Source: Bdellovibrionales bacterium
GTDB lineage: Bacteria; Bdellovibrionota; Bdellovibrionia; Bdellovibrionales; DASUEL01
NCBI GenBank assembly: GCA_050250255.1
Contig: JBFWOZ010000008.1
Coordinates: 24,516 to 88,515, forward strand
Direction: 5' to 3'
Length of the DNA: 64,000 nt
Every line of letters starts with the position of its first letter. Position 1 is the first letter of the stretch. The notes beneath the pieces are model-generated. The model was given only the letters and a program-made list of their open reading frames with translations, was not told the DNA's origin and did no database searches. A program made the translations under genes and the position numbers. Below are positions 39,533-49,986 of this stretch, piece by piece.

Positions 39533-39705
39533 ATCTTCCTCCTATTATCAGTAGGAGGTTCTAATCCTTGAATCCCAGTTGCACTTCAGTAGGCTGCGGC
39601 ATTCGTGGATATTGCAAATATAAAGTTCAGCTTAAAAGTAAATAAAACCTAAAACGGTTTTTGGAATTTCGAAACTCGGAGCTTCATACCTGAGCTCTGT
39701 AGGCC

Positions 39706-40644
39706 TCAACCTTCTTCAAATAATTTTTGAAAGTCCTCAGGCGGAGGACACTCGATGGCGAGATTTTGCTTGAGCGTTGGGTGGTGAAATTCCAATTGGA
39801 AGGCATGGAGCATGACTCGTTCGCTCTTAGGGCCGCCGTACAAAACATCGCCCACAATCGGGAGACCTGACTGCTGTAAGTGAACACGGATTTGGTGTGT
39901 ACGACCTGTCTGTGGCTGGGCTTCTACCAAATGATATTTCGCAGTACTGGTGAGAATTTGAAACAGCGTATGAGCGTAGTCTCCACCCGACGTGACTTCA
40001 ATCATGTGCTGCACTTTTCCTGTTCCTTTTTTGGCGCGAGCTAAGTGATTCTCTACTTCCCATTCGGTTTTGTCGCCACCAAGAACGGTCAAAGCATGAT
40101 AAGTTTTTTGAATTTCGCGATCACGAAAAAGATCTGACACCCATTTATTGGCCGACTGTTTTTTTGTGAAAAGCACAATGCCAGAAGTTTCATAATCGAG
40201 GCGATGATGAAGCCCTACATAGCTTTCATGACCATCACGTTTGGCAAGAAATCGTTTTACAGATGCAAACAAGTGATCGCGAGCCTCATCAAGTGTTGGT
40301 TGTGTTGGTAATCCTGATGGTTTATTGACGACGATGATTTCGCTGTCTTCGTAAAGGATACCTTCTTCAGTGAGTTCAAAAATTTTGTTTCTCGCGGGTG
40401 ATGTGGACTGAAGCTTCTTTAAATCAACCCGCGTTTCTACGATGGCACCTATTCGTAATTCTTTTGAAGCAATGCGAACGCGTTGCTTGTTGAGATAAAC
40501 TCCTCCGGCAATAATTAACTGACGAATTTTGGAACGGGAAAGGTCGACCCCCATTTTGGCGGGCAAAACTTCAGCAAGATAATGGTCGAGACGTTTGCCG
40601 ACATGGTCTTTGGTGACCTGAAATTTGATATGCTGGGAAGACAT
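39706..40644 (-). CDS. RluA/RluD-family pseudouridine synthase with S4 domain
   Basis: RLDHYL, NKPSGL, HRLDYETSG, TGRTHQIRVH, PIVGD.LYG, LHA. Confidence 0.93.
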   Translation of the reverse strand: MSSQHIKFQVTKDHVGKRLDHYLAEVLPAKMGVDLSRSKIRQLIIAGGVYLNKQRVRIASKELRIGAIVETRVDLKKLQSTSPARNKIFELTEEGILYEDSEIIVVNKPSGLPTQPTLDEARDHLFASVKRFLAKRDGHESYVGLHHRLDYETSGIVLFTKKQSANKWVSDLFRDREIQKTYHALTVLGGDKTEWEVENHLARAKKGTGKVQHMIEVTSGGDYAHTLFQILTSTAKYHLVEAQPQTGRTHQIRVHLQQSGLPIVGDVLYGGPKSERVMLHAFQLEFHHPTLKQNLAIECPPPEDFQKLFEEG

Positions 40645-40705
40645 TATTAAGCCTCGTTAAGGTTTATACCTTGCCATGAGAAAACCCATTCAGGGAGAAT
40701 ATTGA

Positions 40706-41692
40706 GTGATGAGAGAAATTCCTACAAGCTTTACTAAAATGATGAAGTGTCAGCTCCCTATTATTGGAGCTCCTATGTTCCTTGTCTCTAATGTGGAGAT
40801 GGTCGTCGCGGTCTCCGAAGCGGGTGGTATCGGTGCCTTCCCGGCGCTGAACTATCGACCCATTGAGGAATACCGCACAGCCCTCAAAGAGATGAAGGCA
40901 CGCACGAAAAAGCCTATTGGCGTAAACGTTATTGTGAATAAGAGCAACACTCGCCAAGGCGAAGATCTTAAGCACGCCCTTGATGCCGGAGTCGACCTCT
41001 TCATCACCTCCCTTGGAAGTCCTAAAGAAGTCATCAAAGAGGCCCATAAAAATGGTGCGAAGGTGATTTGTGACGTCACGAATCTTGATCACGCTAAAAA
41101 AGTACAAGATCTCGGCGGTGACGGAGTGATTGCGGTGGGAAGTGGCGCTGGTGGACATGCCGGTCCCATTTCGCCGATTGTTCTTATTCCTTGGCTTGCA
41201 AAAAATTTAGAAATCCCCGTGATTGCTGCTGGCGGAGTTTCCGACGGTCAAACCATGGCCGCAATGTTGGCACTTGGTGCTGGCGCAGTGAGTATTGGGA
41301 CTCGCTTTATTGCGTCCAAAGAAGCACAAGTGGACCAAGCTTATAAAGATGCTATTTTGAAATCCACACCTGAAGATATTGTCATGACCATGCGTGTATC
41401 GGGAGTTCCAGCAAGCGTCATCAGAACTCCCTACATTGATAAAGTCGGAACGGAGCTTCCGTGGGTGATTGATTTTCTCCAAAAAAATTCCAAAACAAAA
41501 AAATACATGCAGGCATTAATTCATTTAATGGGTGCGAAGCAGCTTGAACAAGCGGCTTTAAAACCAACGTGGAAAACGGTTTGGAGTGCGGGGCAAGGCG
41601 TTGGACTCATAGATGAAATTCTGAGCTGCAATGAAATCATGGAAATGCTTGTGCAGGGCTATTTCCAGACAATTAAAAAGTTACCGACTTGA
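40706..41692 (+). CDS. nitronate monooxygenase/FabK-like flavoprotein
   Basis: PIIGAPMFLVS, AGGHAG, IAAGG, GTRFIAS.E, WSAGQGV. Confidence 0.9.
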   Translation: MMREIPTSFTKMMKCQLPIIGAPMFLVSNVEMVVAVSEAGGIGAFPALNYRPIEEYRTALKEMKARTKKPIGVNVIVNKSNTRQGEDLKHALDAGVDLFITSLGSPKEVIKEAHKNGAKVICDVTNLDHAKKVQDLGGDGVIAVGSGAGGHAGPISPIVLIPWLAKNLEIPVIAAGGVSDGQTMAAMLALGAGAVSIGTRFIASKEAQVDQAYKDAILKSTPEDIVMTMRVSGVPASVIRTPYIDKVGTELPWVIDFLQKNSKTKKYMQALIHLMGAKQLEQAALKPTWKTVWSAGQGVGLIDEILSCNEIMEMLVQGYFQTIKKLPT

Positions 41693-41722
41693 CAGAACTT
41701 GTAGGGACCACAGATTCCCTAC

Positions 41723-44095
41723 ATGGAAACACAAAAAATTTATCCCGTTCTTCCTATTCGAAACACAGTTACAATGCCCGGCACCACGGTTCCCCTTGTG
41801 GTTGGTCGGGCTCGTTCTGCGGCAGCCGTGCAATACGCACAGTCGCAGGACGGACTTATTGTCGTCGTAACTCAACAGAACTCGTCACAAAACGAGCCTC
41901 AAGCCACTGACCTGTACAAAACAGGAACCCTCTGTCGTCTTGAGAGCGTGAACGGATCCGAGGAGCGGGGTTACCAAATTCTGATCACTGGTATCGAACG
42001 TTTTACGATTCAAAATTATTTCACCGACGGTGATTTTATCACCGCTGAGGGAGATATGTTACCGGATGATCTACGCGCCGACTCTGTTCGCCGAGTGGCT
42101 CTCTTCCATAGTCTTAAAGATGCGGCGAAAGATATTTTAGCGCTTCTTCCACAAGTGGACGAAGCCATTTTAAGACTCATCGACAAACTCGAAAATCCCT
42201 CACAGCTTACATTTTTATGTGCGACCTATCTCAACGTGTCTCTTGAAACAAAGCAAGAGCTGCTCGAAACCAAAAACGTCGAAGAGCGCATGGAAAAGCT
42301 TCTTGCCCTTATGCAAAAAGAGCGTGAAGTCCTTGAAGTACAAAAAGACATTCGTGAGAAAATGACGGAACGTCTTTCTCGCGCTCAGCGGGATGGACTT
42401 CTTCGCGAACAGATGCGCGCCATCCAAGAAGAATTGGGGGAAAGCGAAGGCGCCGTAAAAGATGAACTCGTCGAAAAAATTAAAAAGGCGAAGCTCCCCG
42501 AAGAAGTACAAAAAGTCGCCGACAAAGAACTCGAACGTCTCGAACATATTCCACCGGCTTCTGCCGAGTACCACGTGATTCGAAACTATCTCGAGTGGCT
42601 GGCCGGTATGCCTTGGCATACCGAAAAGTCTGAGCCGATCGATTTAGTGAAAGCTCGAGAAATTCTCGATAACGATCACTATGGTCTTGAAAAAGTAAAA
42701 AATCGTATCATTCAATATTTGGCCGTTGCGAAACTCAAGAACGATCTTAAAGGACCGATTTTATGTCTCGTAGGACCTCCGGGAGTTGGTAAAACAAGTC
42801 TTGGACAAAGTATCGCCAAAGCTCTCGGCCGTGAATTTGTGAGAACAAGTCTTGGTGGCGTTCGCGATGAATCAGAAATTCGTGGTCACAGACGCACTTA
42901 CGTTGGTGCGATGCCTGGACGAATCGTTCAGAGTCTCAAGCGCGTAGGTGTTAATAACCCACTTATGATGCTCGATGAAATTGATAAATTAGGTGCAAGC
43001 TATACTGGTGACCCAGCGAGCGCAATGTTAGAGCTTCTTGATCCCGAACAAAATAAAAACTTTTACGATCACTATTTGGATGTGCCCTTTGATCTTTCAA
43101 ATACGTTTTTTATCGCAACAGCGAACATGATCGATACGATCCCACATGCGTTAAGAGATCGCTTGGAGATTATTCATCTTTCAAGCTACACCTATGCCGA
43201 AAAGCTTCATATCGCAAAAAAGTATCTTGTTCCGAAACAACTCCAAGAGCATGGGTTGAAACCCGAGCAGTTAGAGATACCTGATGAGCTGTTAACTCAC
43301 ATTGCGGTTCACTACACTCGTGAAGCTGGCGTGCGTGAACTTCAGAGAACCATCGCTTCGGTCTGTCGTTATGCTGCAGAACAAATTGTTTCTAAGAATG
43401 GTGAAAAGGTCGTGGTGAGCGAAGCTCTTATGCCAGATATTTTGGGACTCATTAAGTTTCATCCGGAAGTGACAGACAAAGTGGTTCGACCAGGAATTGT
43501 GACCGGTCTTGCTTGGACACCTTTTGGTGGAGATATTCTTTCTATCGAAGCGAGTGTTATGCCAGGGACAGGACAACTTCGCCTGACCGGGCAACTCGGT
43601 GATGTGATGAAAGAGTCGGCACAGATCGCGTCAAGTTATATTCGATCAGAGCTCAGTAAGTTCACTTCGAATTACTTTTACGATAAACACGACATTCACG
43701 TTCACGTTCCGTCAGGAGCGATTCCAAAAGATGGACCTTCCGCGGGCGTAACACTCTTAACAGCAGTGACTTCGCTTCTTTTAAATAAGTCGGTTGATCC
43801 ACAGGTGGCAATGACTGGGGAAATTACGTTGCGTGGAAGTGTTCTTCCCGTAGGTGGAATTAAAGAAAAAGTGTTGGCCGCTCACCGTGCAGGTTGCAAG
43901 ACCTTGTTTTTACCAAAGCGTAATGCACCCGATTATTCGGAAGTTCCCGAAGAAGTTCGCAAACAGCTCACCGTTCACTTTGTCGAAGACGTGCATGAAG
44001 TTCTCTCAAAAGTGCTTGGACTTGAAGGCATTATTCAAGAACGTGAACAACGATATCGAGGCCTTAAGAGCGTCGAAGCCATCGGAAATGCCTAG
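41723..44095 (+). CDS. lon: ATP-dependent protease La
   Basis: LON-N domain; [29 protein letters not shown]. Confidence 0.97.
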   Translation: METQKIYPVLPIRNTVTMPGTTVPLVVGRARSAAAVQYAQSQDGLIVVVTQQNSSQNEPQATDLYKTGTLCRLESVNGSEERGYQILITGIERFTIQNYFTDGDFITAEGDMLPDDLRADSVRRVALFHSLKDAAKDILALLPQVDEAILRLIDKLENPSQLTFLCATYLNVSLETKQELLETKNVEERMEKLLALMQKEREVLEVQKDIREKMTERLSRAQRDGLLREQMRAIQEELGESEGAVKDELVEKIKKAKLPEEVQKVADKELERLEHIPPASAEYHVIRNYLEWLAGMPWHTEKSEPIDLVKAREILDNDHYGLEKVKNRIIQYLAVAKLKNDLKGPILCLVGPPGVGKTSLGQSIAKALGREFVRTSLGGVRDESEIRGHRRTYVGAMPGRIVQSLKRVGVNNPLMMLDEIDKLGASYTGDPASAMLELLDPEQNKNFYDHYLDVPFDLSNTFFIATANMIDTIPHALRDRLEIIHLSSYTYAEKLHIAKKYLVPKQLQEHGLKPEQLEIPDELLTHIAVHYTREAGVRELQRTIASVCRYAAEQIVSKNGEKVVVSEALMPDILGLIKFHPEVTDKVVRPGIVTGLAWTPFGGDILSIEASVMPGTGQLRLTGQLGDVMKESAQIASSYIRSELSKFTSNYFYDKHDIHVHVPSGAIPKDGPSAGVTLLTAVTSLLLNKSVDPQVAMTGEITLRGSVLPVGGIKEKVLAAHRAGCKTLFLPKRNAPDYSEVPEEVRKQLTVHFVEDVHEVLSKVLGLEGIIQEREQRYRGLKSVEAIGNA

Positions 44096-44168
44096 AACCT
44101 CTTGCAAGTCTCACGGGAAGAAGAGATGATCATTCTGTGAGACTTATTTTATCTTATTGTGAGGCCTC

Positions 44169-44426
44169 TTGATTAAATTAGCCGTATTACTTTATGTGGT
44201 TTCTCTCTTCTGTGCGGTCTATATTTTTTGGCCAGCCATTTCAAAAAATGAATATGCTCAGAAAGTGAGTGCTCAGGTGCTTTCTTTTATTTATCCATCC
44301 ATCGACACGATTAATAAAATGGATGACCCCTTCGCTCCTAAGATACCACCTCCGACACCACCCTCTGAGCCACATCTTGAGAGTTCTCCGCCACCACCAC
44401 CCCCTCCGCCCCTATCAGGGAACTAG
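44169..44426 (+). CDS. small membrane-anchored Pro-rich protein
   Basis: TTG start, one TM, poly-Pro tail. Confidence 0.45.
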   Translation: MIKLAVLLYVVSLFCAVYIFWPAISKNEYAQKVSAQVLSFIYPSIDTINKMDDPFAPKIPPPTPPSEPHLESSPPPPPPPPLSGN

Positions 44427-44555
44427 AGCCCCTCAACGATAAATCTCCAACCTTTAACGTGAACAATTAAAAACAATTAATTTTGTTTTCATCAGGTTTT
44501 TAACTCCTCGTGAGATATTGGTTTTAACAACACGTAAAACCACTAGGAGGTTTTC

Positions 44556-44744
44556 ATGGAACACGCAGCTGCAACAACACTACTCGCTTTTGCCGTTATG
44601 ATCGCAGGATTTTCAGCGCAGGCAAAAGACCCAGTCAAAACAGCGGCAAGTGTGGATGCTCCAGCGGTTGCAGAACTTCATAAAAAAGTAAATGGCGTCG
44701 TTACAGCTCACGCTAAGAAGGTGAGGACGACAAAAAATAATTAA
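44556..44744 (+). CDS. small secreted protein
   Basis: AGGAGG RBS; signal peptide ending AQA. Confidence 0.7.
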   Translation: MEHAAATTLLAFAVMIAGFSAQAKDPVKTAASVDAPAVAELHKKVNGVVTAHAKKVRTTKNN

Positions 44745-44799
44745 GTTCGATTCCCCTGAGCTCATTTGAACCAATGAGTTTTCCCCTTGTTTTTCTCTT

Positions 44800-44835
44800 A
44801 GGGAATGGTCTCGTCAACCATTCCCTTCTTTATTT
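44800..44835 (+). terminator. probable intrinsic terminator between convergent genes
   Basis: AGGGAATGGT-N7-ACCATTCCCT followed by a T-rich tract. Confidence 0.6.
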
Positions 44836-44845
44836 TAAAATGAAA

Positions 44846-45304
44846 TTAGAAGCAGTCGTAACCAACAGATTTTTGAGTCACCTTTTGCAGTACAGGCTTT
44901 TGACCTTGCGGAAAAACATCAGGTCTACTTTGTTCACTGCCACCGATGACATCTGCTGAAAACCAAACATATTCAGATAATATATTTTTGCTATATCCCG
45001 AGATTCTGAAAGTATTCATATCAACAATTACGCCGTAGGCTTTTGCTTGTTCTACAATTTTCTGCGCACCTATAGATTCACATTGGCTTACAACTTTAGG
45101 CAGCAGACCTTTTGTATCTGCACTACGCTCAATCGAGATTGCTTCGGGCAAGGCAAATGCAGCTGTGGTTGTTTGACCGTCAGAGACAACGTTTGTCTTT
45201 TCTAACGATCCTACGCCAATTTTCGCATCTGCAAAGCGACTTTGTGCATGGGCACCTTGGGTGAATAAAAAAGTGACTAATAATCCAAATACAGTAAGTT
45301 TCAT
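44846..45304 (-). CDS. secreted hypothetical protein
   Basis: AAGGAG RBS; signal peptide ending AHA; two Cys. Confidence 0.75.
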   Translation of the reverse strand: MKLTVFGLLVTFLFTQGAHAQSRFADAKIGVGSLEKTNVVSDGQTTTAAFALPEAISIERSADTKGLLPKVVSQCESIGAQKIVEQAKAYGVIVDMNTFRISGYSKNILSEYVWFSADVIGGSEQSRPDVFPQGQKPVLQKVTQKSVGYDCF

Positions 45305-45416
45305 AAGCTCTCCTTAGATTCCTTTAGGAGAGCAATTACGGGACCATCTCGTAAAGAATAGGTTTAAGGATGCCTCTTAACAAGTGACCAGGAATGTCAC
45401 TTTGTTGAGATACCTA

Positions 45417-46913
45417 CTACTTCATCATGGTACGCTCAATCGCCTTTTTCCAGCGAGCAAGACGTAGCGTGCGATCTTTTGTCGTCATAGCAGGTTTAAA
45501 ATTGCGATCGATCTTCCAAACTTTGGTGATCTCCGTAAGATTTTTCCAAATGCCGACGCCAAGTCCTGCGAGATAGGCAGCACCGGCCGAAGTCGTCTCT
45601 ACCATTTCGGGACGAACGAGGGTAAGATTTAAATAATCCGATTGAATTTGCATTAATAAATTATTGGCACTCGCTCCACCATCTACACGAAGTGAAGAAA
45701 TCTTTTTTCCTAAATCCTTACTCATTGCCATCAAGAGATCACTGTTTTGAAGAGCAATGCCTTCCAGAGTTGCGCGCGCCAGGTGCGCCTTCGTTGTTCC
45801 ACGCGTAAGTCCGCAGATGAGACCTCGTGCTTCGGGATCCCAATGAGGAGCGCCCAAACCCGTGAGTGCCGGAACAAACTCCACACCGTCAGAATCTTGA
45901 ACCAACTTTGCGAGTCCTTCAATATCTTGGCTCGACTGAATGAACTCTAAACCATCGCGGAGCCACTGAACCGCCGCTCCCGAAACAAAGGCGCTGCCCT
46001 CAAGAGCGTAAACAATCGGGGATTTTTCACTGAGTTGCCACGCGATCGTTGTCAAAGCCCCTGACTTCGCTTTTAAACACTTTGTGCCGGAATTCACGAG
46101 AAGAAAACTTCCCGTTCCGTAAGTGCATTTTGCTTCGCCCACTTTAAAACAATTTTGCCCAAAGAGTGCGGCTTGCTGATCTCCCGCAATTCCCGCAATA
46201 GGAGTGCGATCGACAAGCTCGCTCATCCCTTTCGTAACTCCAAACACACCACTCGAAGGACGAATCTCTGGCAAAAGCTCTTCAGGCACTCCAAAAATCT
46301 TTAAAAGTTCCGCGTCCCATTTCCCTGTTTTGATGTTCATAAGTTGCGTGCGTGAAGCATTACTCACATCGGTCGCATGACTTTTCCCTCCGGTGAGTCT
46401 CCAGAGAAGAAAGGTATCCACGGTTCCACAGGCTAATTCACCAGATTTTGCACGTTTCATGCTTCCCGACACGTGATCCAAAATCCAACGAATTTTGCTC
46501 GCTGAAAAATAAGGATCGATCACGAGTCCCGTTTTCTCTTTGATCACTTTCTCGAGTTTTTTCTTTTTTAATTTCTCACAGAAATCAGAAGTTCTTCGAC
46601 ATTGCCAGACGATCGCATTGTAGATGGGTTTCCCGGTGGCGCGATCCCACACCATCACCGTTTCTCGTTGGTTCGTGATCCCAATCGCGGCAACATCCTC
46701 GGGCTTTGCTTGAATTTTTTGAAGCGCAAGCTTGATGGTTGAGCGAACAGAATTCCAAATATCTTCGGGATCATGCTCGACCCAGCCTGGCTTTGGAAAG
46801 ATCTGTTTGAAATCTTCATTGGCTTCGCAAACTCGCTGGCCTGATCGATCAAATAAGGAGACCGTGGTGCCTGTCGTGCCTTGATCTATGGAGAGAATAT
46901 ATTTTTGATTCAT
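45417..46913 (-). CDS. glpK: glycerol kinase
   Basis: IDQGTT, GITNQRET, IVWQCRR, TDVSNASRT, GDQQAALFGQ, YALEGS, VDGG. Confidence 0.97.
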   Translation of the reverse strand: MNQKYILSIDQGTTGTTVSLFDRSGQRVCEANEDFKQIFPKPGWVEHDPEDIWNSVRSTIKLALQKIQAKPEDVAAIGITNQRETVMVWDRATGKPIYNAIVWQCRRTSDFCEKLKKKKLEKVIKEKTGLVIDPYFSASKIRWILDHVSGSMKRAKSGELACGTVDTFLLWRLTGGKSHATDVSNASRTQLMNIKTGKWDAELLKIFGVPEELLPEIRPSSGVFGVTKGMSELVDRTPIAGIAGDQQAALFGQNCFKVGEAKCTYGTGSFLLVNSGTKCLKAKSGALTTIAWQLSEKSPIVYALEGSAFVSGAAVQWLRDGLEFIQSSQDIEGLAKLVQDSDGVEFVPALTGLGAPHWDPEARGLICGLTRGTTKAHLARATLEGIALQNSDLLMAMSKDLGKKISSLRVDGGASANNLLMQIQSDYLNLTLVRPEMVETTSAGAAYLAGLGVGIWKNLTEITKVWKIDRNFKPAMTTKDRTLRLARWKKAIERTMMK

Positions 46914-46979
46914 GTTTAATGACCCCTCGCTAATTTAGGACTGCTCAATGAGGCGTAATTCAGTTATTACCAAGATGTC

Positions 46980-47762
46980 ATGATAAACTTTTTCGGGAAA
47001 AAATCAGCTCCCCTTTTTGATCTTAAGAACCTCTCTCGAGACGTCCTGCTGTATCGAGTCATGCCTTACCTGCTCATGGAGATCGTTCGTAAGTATTTTC
47101 GCTTAGAGGTCGAGGGCCTCGAGCATCTTCCAAAAACGGGTCGCTGCCTCATCACTCCCAACCATTCGGGCTACTCGGGGTTTGATGCAGTGGTGCTCGG
47201 GCATGAGATCTACAAAGCCACGGGCCGAATCCCTCGAGTTCTCACTCATCACCTCTGGTTCATGAACGAAAAAACTTCTCTCCCCGCTCAGAAAATGGGA
47301 TTTGTGGAAGCAACCACCGAAAACGGAAATCAACTTTTAAAAAAGAACAACATGGTGGTGCTCTTTCCGGAAGGAGAGCACGGAAACTTTAAGCCCACTC
47401 AAAAAAGATATCGCCTTCAAGAGTTTAAACGCGGCTTTATTCGTATGGCTCTCAACACGAAGGCCCCCATTATTCCCACGCTGATCATTGGTGCAGAGGA
47501 AACCCACATCAATCTTCGGCAGTTGAAGTTCTCAAAGTTTCTCCATGGAGTGGTGTTGCCACTACCTCTGAATGTCATTCCACTGCCCGCAAAATGGAAA
47601 ATCATTTTCATGGAACCCGTACATCTTCCTTATAAAGCGTATGCCGCGGAAGATAGTGAACTGATGAGGGAACTCGCCAGCGATCTTCGTGAAAAAATGC
47701 AAAGACGTTTAAACAAAGAACTCGCAAAACGCGAGTATATCTATTTCGAAAAATTATTTTAG
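46980..47762 (+). CDS. lysophospholipid acyltransferase (PlsC-like)
   Basis: NHSG...D, FPEG, GFIRMAL..KAPIIP..IIGAEE. Confidence 0.9.
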   Translation: MINFFGKKSAPLFDLKNLSRDVLLYRVMPYLLMEIVRKYFRLEVEGLEHLPKTGRCLITPNHSGYSGFDAVVLGHEIYKATGRIPRVLTHHLWFMNEKTSLPAQKMGFVEATTENGNQLLKKNNMVVLFPEGEHGNFKPTQKRYRLQEFKRGFIRMALNTKAPIIPTLIIGAEETHINLRQLKFSKFLHGVVLPLPLNVIPLPAKWKIIFMEPVHLPYKAYAAEDSELMRELASDLREKMQRRLNKELAKREYIYFEKLF

Positions 47763-47984
47763 TTCGTCGGCTGTGTCTTCGCCGATGACGAGAAGCATTT
47801 TATCCCATAATTGAATCATCATACCGGCCTGGTCCTGTTGCCGGCTGACACAGCCTCGCATCATGAGCGAGGCAATCGCGATGGCCACGATCATCAACAT
47901 CACGTATTCCACGACGATTTGACCTGAATTTGTTTTCCCGTTAAGCTTTTTATGTGACGAACAAATCTGACGATTCATCTTCAT
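47754..47984 (-). CDS. Flp/TadE-like pilin or pseudopilin
   Basis: SG|QIVVEYVMLMIVAIAIA prepilin-like motif; start uncertain. Confidence 0.65.
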   Translation of the reverse strand: MKMNRQICSSHKKLNGKTNSGQIVVEYVMLMIVAIAIASLMMRGCVSRQQDQAGMMIQLWDKMLLVIGEDTADELK

Positions 47985-48649
47985 CCTCTGGCTCCCGTGG
48001 AGCTCCTAACGATGCACCGGTCTCTGACTACGGGGATCTGAACGAGTTTGGCAGCCACAAACAGCCTAAAAAACGTGGTTTTCAAATACCTCTCCTCGCC
48101 AAAGTCTTTCTTATGCTTTGCACAGTCTTCTTAGCCAGCATTGGGTATTGGAAAAGCCAATTCTCAAGTGAACAAGAGTTGATCCAAGACCCCATGGACC
48201 AAGCGACCATGGATCAGAGAGCACCTGCCCCTGAAGTTGAGTTTACCACGAAGGATGGGAGCATCTCAAAGCTTTCTCAGTACAAAGGCAAAGTGGTATT
48301 GCTGACCTTTTGGGCTCATTGGTGCGAACCTTGCCTTGTCGAATTACCGACCTTTAGACAGTTAGCCGAGCAGTTTGAGGATAAGGGTTTTGTCATCGTA
48401 CCGGTAAACCTAGATAACAAAGGCGAAGCCGACGAATTCATTAAAAACTTTTGGTCCAATGAATCTTTGCCTTTTGAAACCCATTTTGATTACGAAAAAA
48501 AGGCGGCCAAGCTTTTCAACATTGATACTTTACCAGCCAATTTCCTTATCGATCGCCAAGGTCGAATCGCCGTCACCAGTTATGGGTTCAACGATTGGAC
48601 AAGCCAATCGACGATGGACATGATCGCCGGCCTCGTCGCCGAAAAATAG
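47954..48649 (+). CDS. TlpA-family disulfide reductase
   Basis: TM anchor; GKVVLLTFWAHWCEPC..ELP; LPANFLIDRQG; start uncertain. Confidence 0.9.
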   Translation: MTNKSDDSSSSSGSRGAPNDAPVSDYGDLNEFGSHKQPKKRGFQIPLLAKVFLMLCTVFLASIGYWKSQFSSEQELIQDPMDQATMDQRAPAPEVEFTTKDGSISKLSQYKGKVVLLTFWAHWCEPCLVELPTFRQLAEQFEDKGFVIVPVNLDNKGEADEFIKNFWSNESLPFETHFDYEKKAAKLFNIDTLPANFLIDRQGRIAVTSYGFNDWTSQSTMDMIAGLVAEK

Positions 48650-48650
48650 C

Positions 48651-48777
48651 GGGTCTGCTGAGGAAGCATTAGCTGCGTCGTTACAATCACCAAAATCTCG
48701 CTCCAACGTACAGTGAAGTACGTCTCCGCGCGATTTTAGCTTACATGCCTCGCATCTAATACTTCCTCAACAGACCC
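48651..48777. repeat. 127-nt long-hairpin element (MITE/ERIC-like)
   Basis: Terminal 27-nt inverted repeats match 24/27; internal pairs AAAATC/GATTTT and ACGTAC/GTACGT. Confidence 0.75.
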
Positions 48778-48784
48778 TTCAAAA

Positions 48785-49312
48785 CTACAGAGCCGAAATA
48801 CCTTTTACGACCGCGCTCAAGCGCGCGATATCGTGAATTTTATCTGCACTTAAGCCTGCATCTCTTAAAACTTTCTCGTGAGATTTAATACACATCTCAC
48901 ATCCATTCAAAACCGATACAGCGAGGGCCAACATTTCAAAACGTTCTTTCCCAAGTTGAGGACGAGCCAAGGCCGTCATTCTTAACCCTGCCTGTCGATA
49001 ATCCTCTTCTTTTCCCACCATGTGTTTGAAACGATAATAAGTGTTGAGCATCGCCATAATAGCAGCACTTTCTACTGCTTCTTGAATTTGCTCCGTTGAG
49101 ATCTGGCTCGTCTCAAGCTCAGCGCGTGCTGCATCTCTTAAAGCAGTCGCACCAACAGATTGAGCCGTTGCAAGAGTCACGAGTAGAGCCTCTTCTTTTG
49201 GGAGTTGGCTTTCTTGAAGAAGACGTTGCAAATTCAATTTCAGATCGCGAGCAATTGTGCTCTCGCGACCTTCAAAAATACTTTCAATTTTAGCTAATAA
49301 AACTTCTGACAT
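48785..49312 (-). CDS. ahpD: alkylhydroperoxidase AhpD
   Basis: DLKLNL, AAIMAMLNTYYRF, AVSVLNGCEMCIKSHE. Confidence 0.92.
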   Translation of the reverse strand: MSEVLLAKIESIFEGRESTIARDLKLNLQRLLQESQLPKEEALLVTLATAQSVGATALRDAARAELETSQISTEQIQEAVESAAIMAMLNTYYRFKHMVGKEEDYRQAGLRMTALARPQLGKERFEMLALAVSVLNGCEMCIKSHEKVLRDAGLSADKIHDIARLSAVVKGISAL

Positions 49313-49337
49313 AGAGCACTCCTTTCAGAGTCTTCAC

Positions 49338-49880
49338 TTAACCTAAAGTTTTCTGTCCTTTTTCCCAGTTACATGGACAAAGTTCGTCGGTCTGAAGAGC
49401 ATCTAGGGTTCTGATCACTTCCTTCACGTTACGACCTACATTTAGATCGTTCACACTCACCCATCGTACAATCCCATCTGGATCTACGATGTAAGTGGCT
49501 CGAAGAGGCACCTCATCTGTTGGATGAAGAACGCCCAAAGCTCGGCTCAATTCTTTTTTGTAATCGGCAAGCATAGGGAACTGTAGATTTTTTAAATCGG
49601 CATGATCATTTCGCCACGCTAAGTGTACAAAATGGCTATCTGCGCTGGCACCAAACAGTTGAGCTCCTCGCTCTTTGAAGTTTTTAAATTCTTTATTAAA
49701 TTCTGCAATTTCCGTTGGACACACAAATGTAAAATCCAGTGGCCAAAAGAAAATCACATTCCATTTTCCCTCTAATGCTCTCTGGTCAATCGTTTGAAAC
49801 TCTTTCCCCTTTTCTAACGACATCACCGCCTGCAGTGAAAACGAAGGGAATCTTTCTCCAATACCTAATAATCTCGACAT
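49338..49880 (-). CDS. ahpC: peroxiredoxin AhpC
   Basis: DFTFVCPTEI, VGRN..E, DALQTDELCPCNW; AGGAG RBS before ATG 49880. Confidence 0.95.
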   Translation of the reverse strand: MSRLLGIGERFPSFSLQAVMSLEKGKEFQTIDQRALEGKWNVIFFWPLDFTFVCPTEIAEFNKEFKNFKERGAQLFGASADSHFVHLAWRNDHADLKNLQFPMLADYKKELSRALGVLHPTDEVPLRATYIVDPDGIVRWVSVNDLNVGRNVKEVIRTLDALQTDELCPCNWEKGQKTLG

Positions 49881-49922
49881 ATAAGTCTCCTTTTCTTTCT
49901 CTATTTTCGTGGTGTTTGACAT

Positions 49923-49973
49923 ATAAGTAAAATCTATTATAATTATGTTATTAATAGTTTTTAACTATTAATA
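49923..49973. promoter_or_regulatory. OxyR-type operator
   Basis: ATAG-N7-CTAT (49954-49968) inside an 11-bp perfect inverted repeat (49949-49973); second ATAA-N7-CTAT at 49923-49937. Confidence 0.75.
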
Positions 49974-49986
49974 CTGAGGAGATTCA

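Noticed and set aside
40664..41158. Long antisense and alternate-frame ORFs (also 19257..19787, 27182..27658, 30197..30697, 31176..31685)
   Set aside because: They shadow well-supported genes and lack recognisable motifs.
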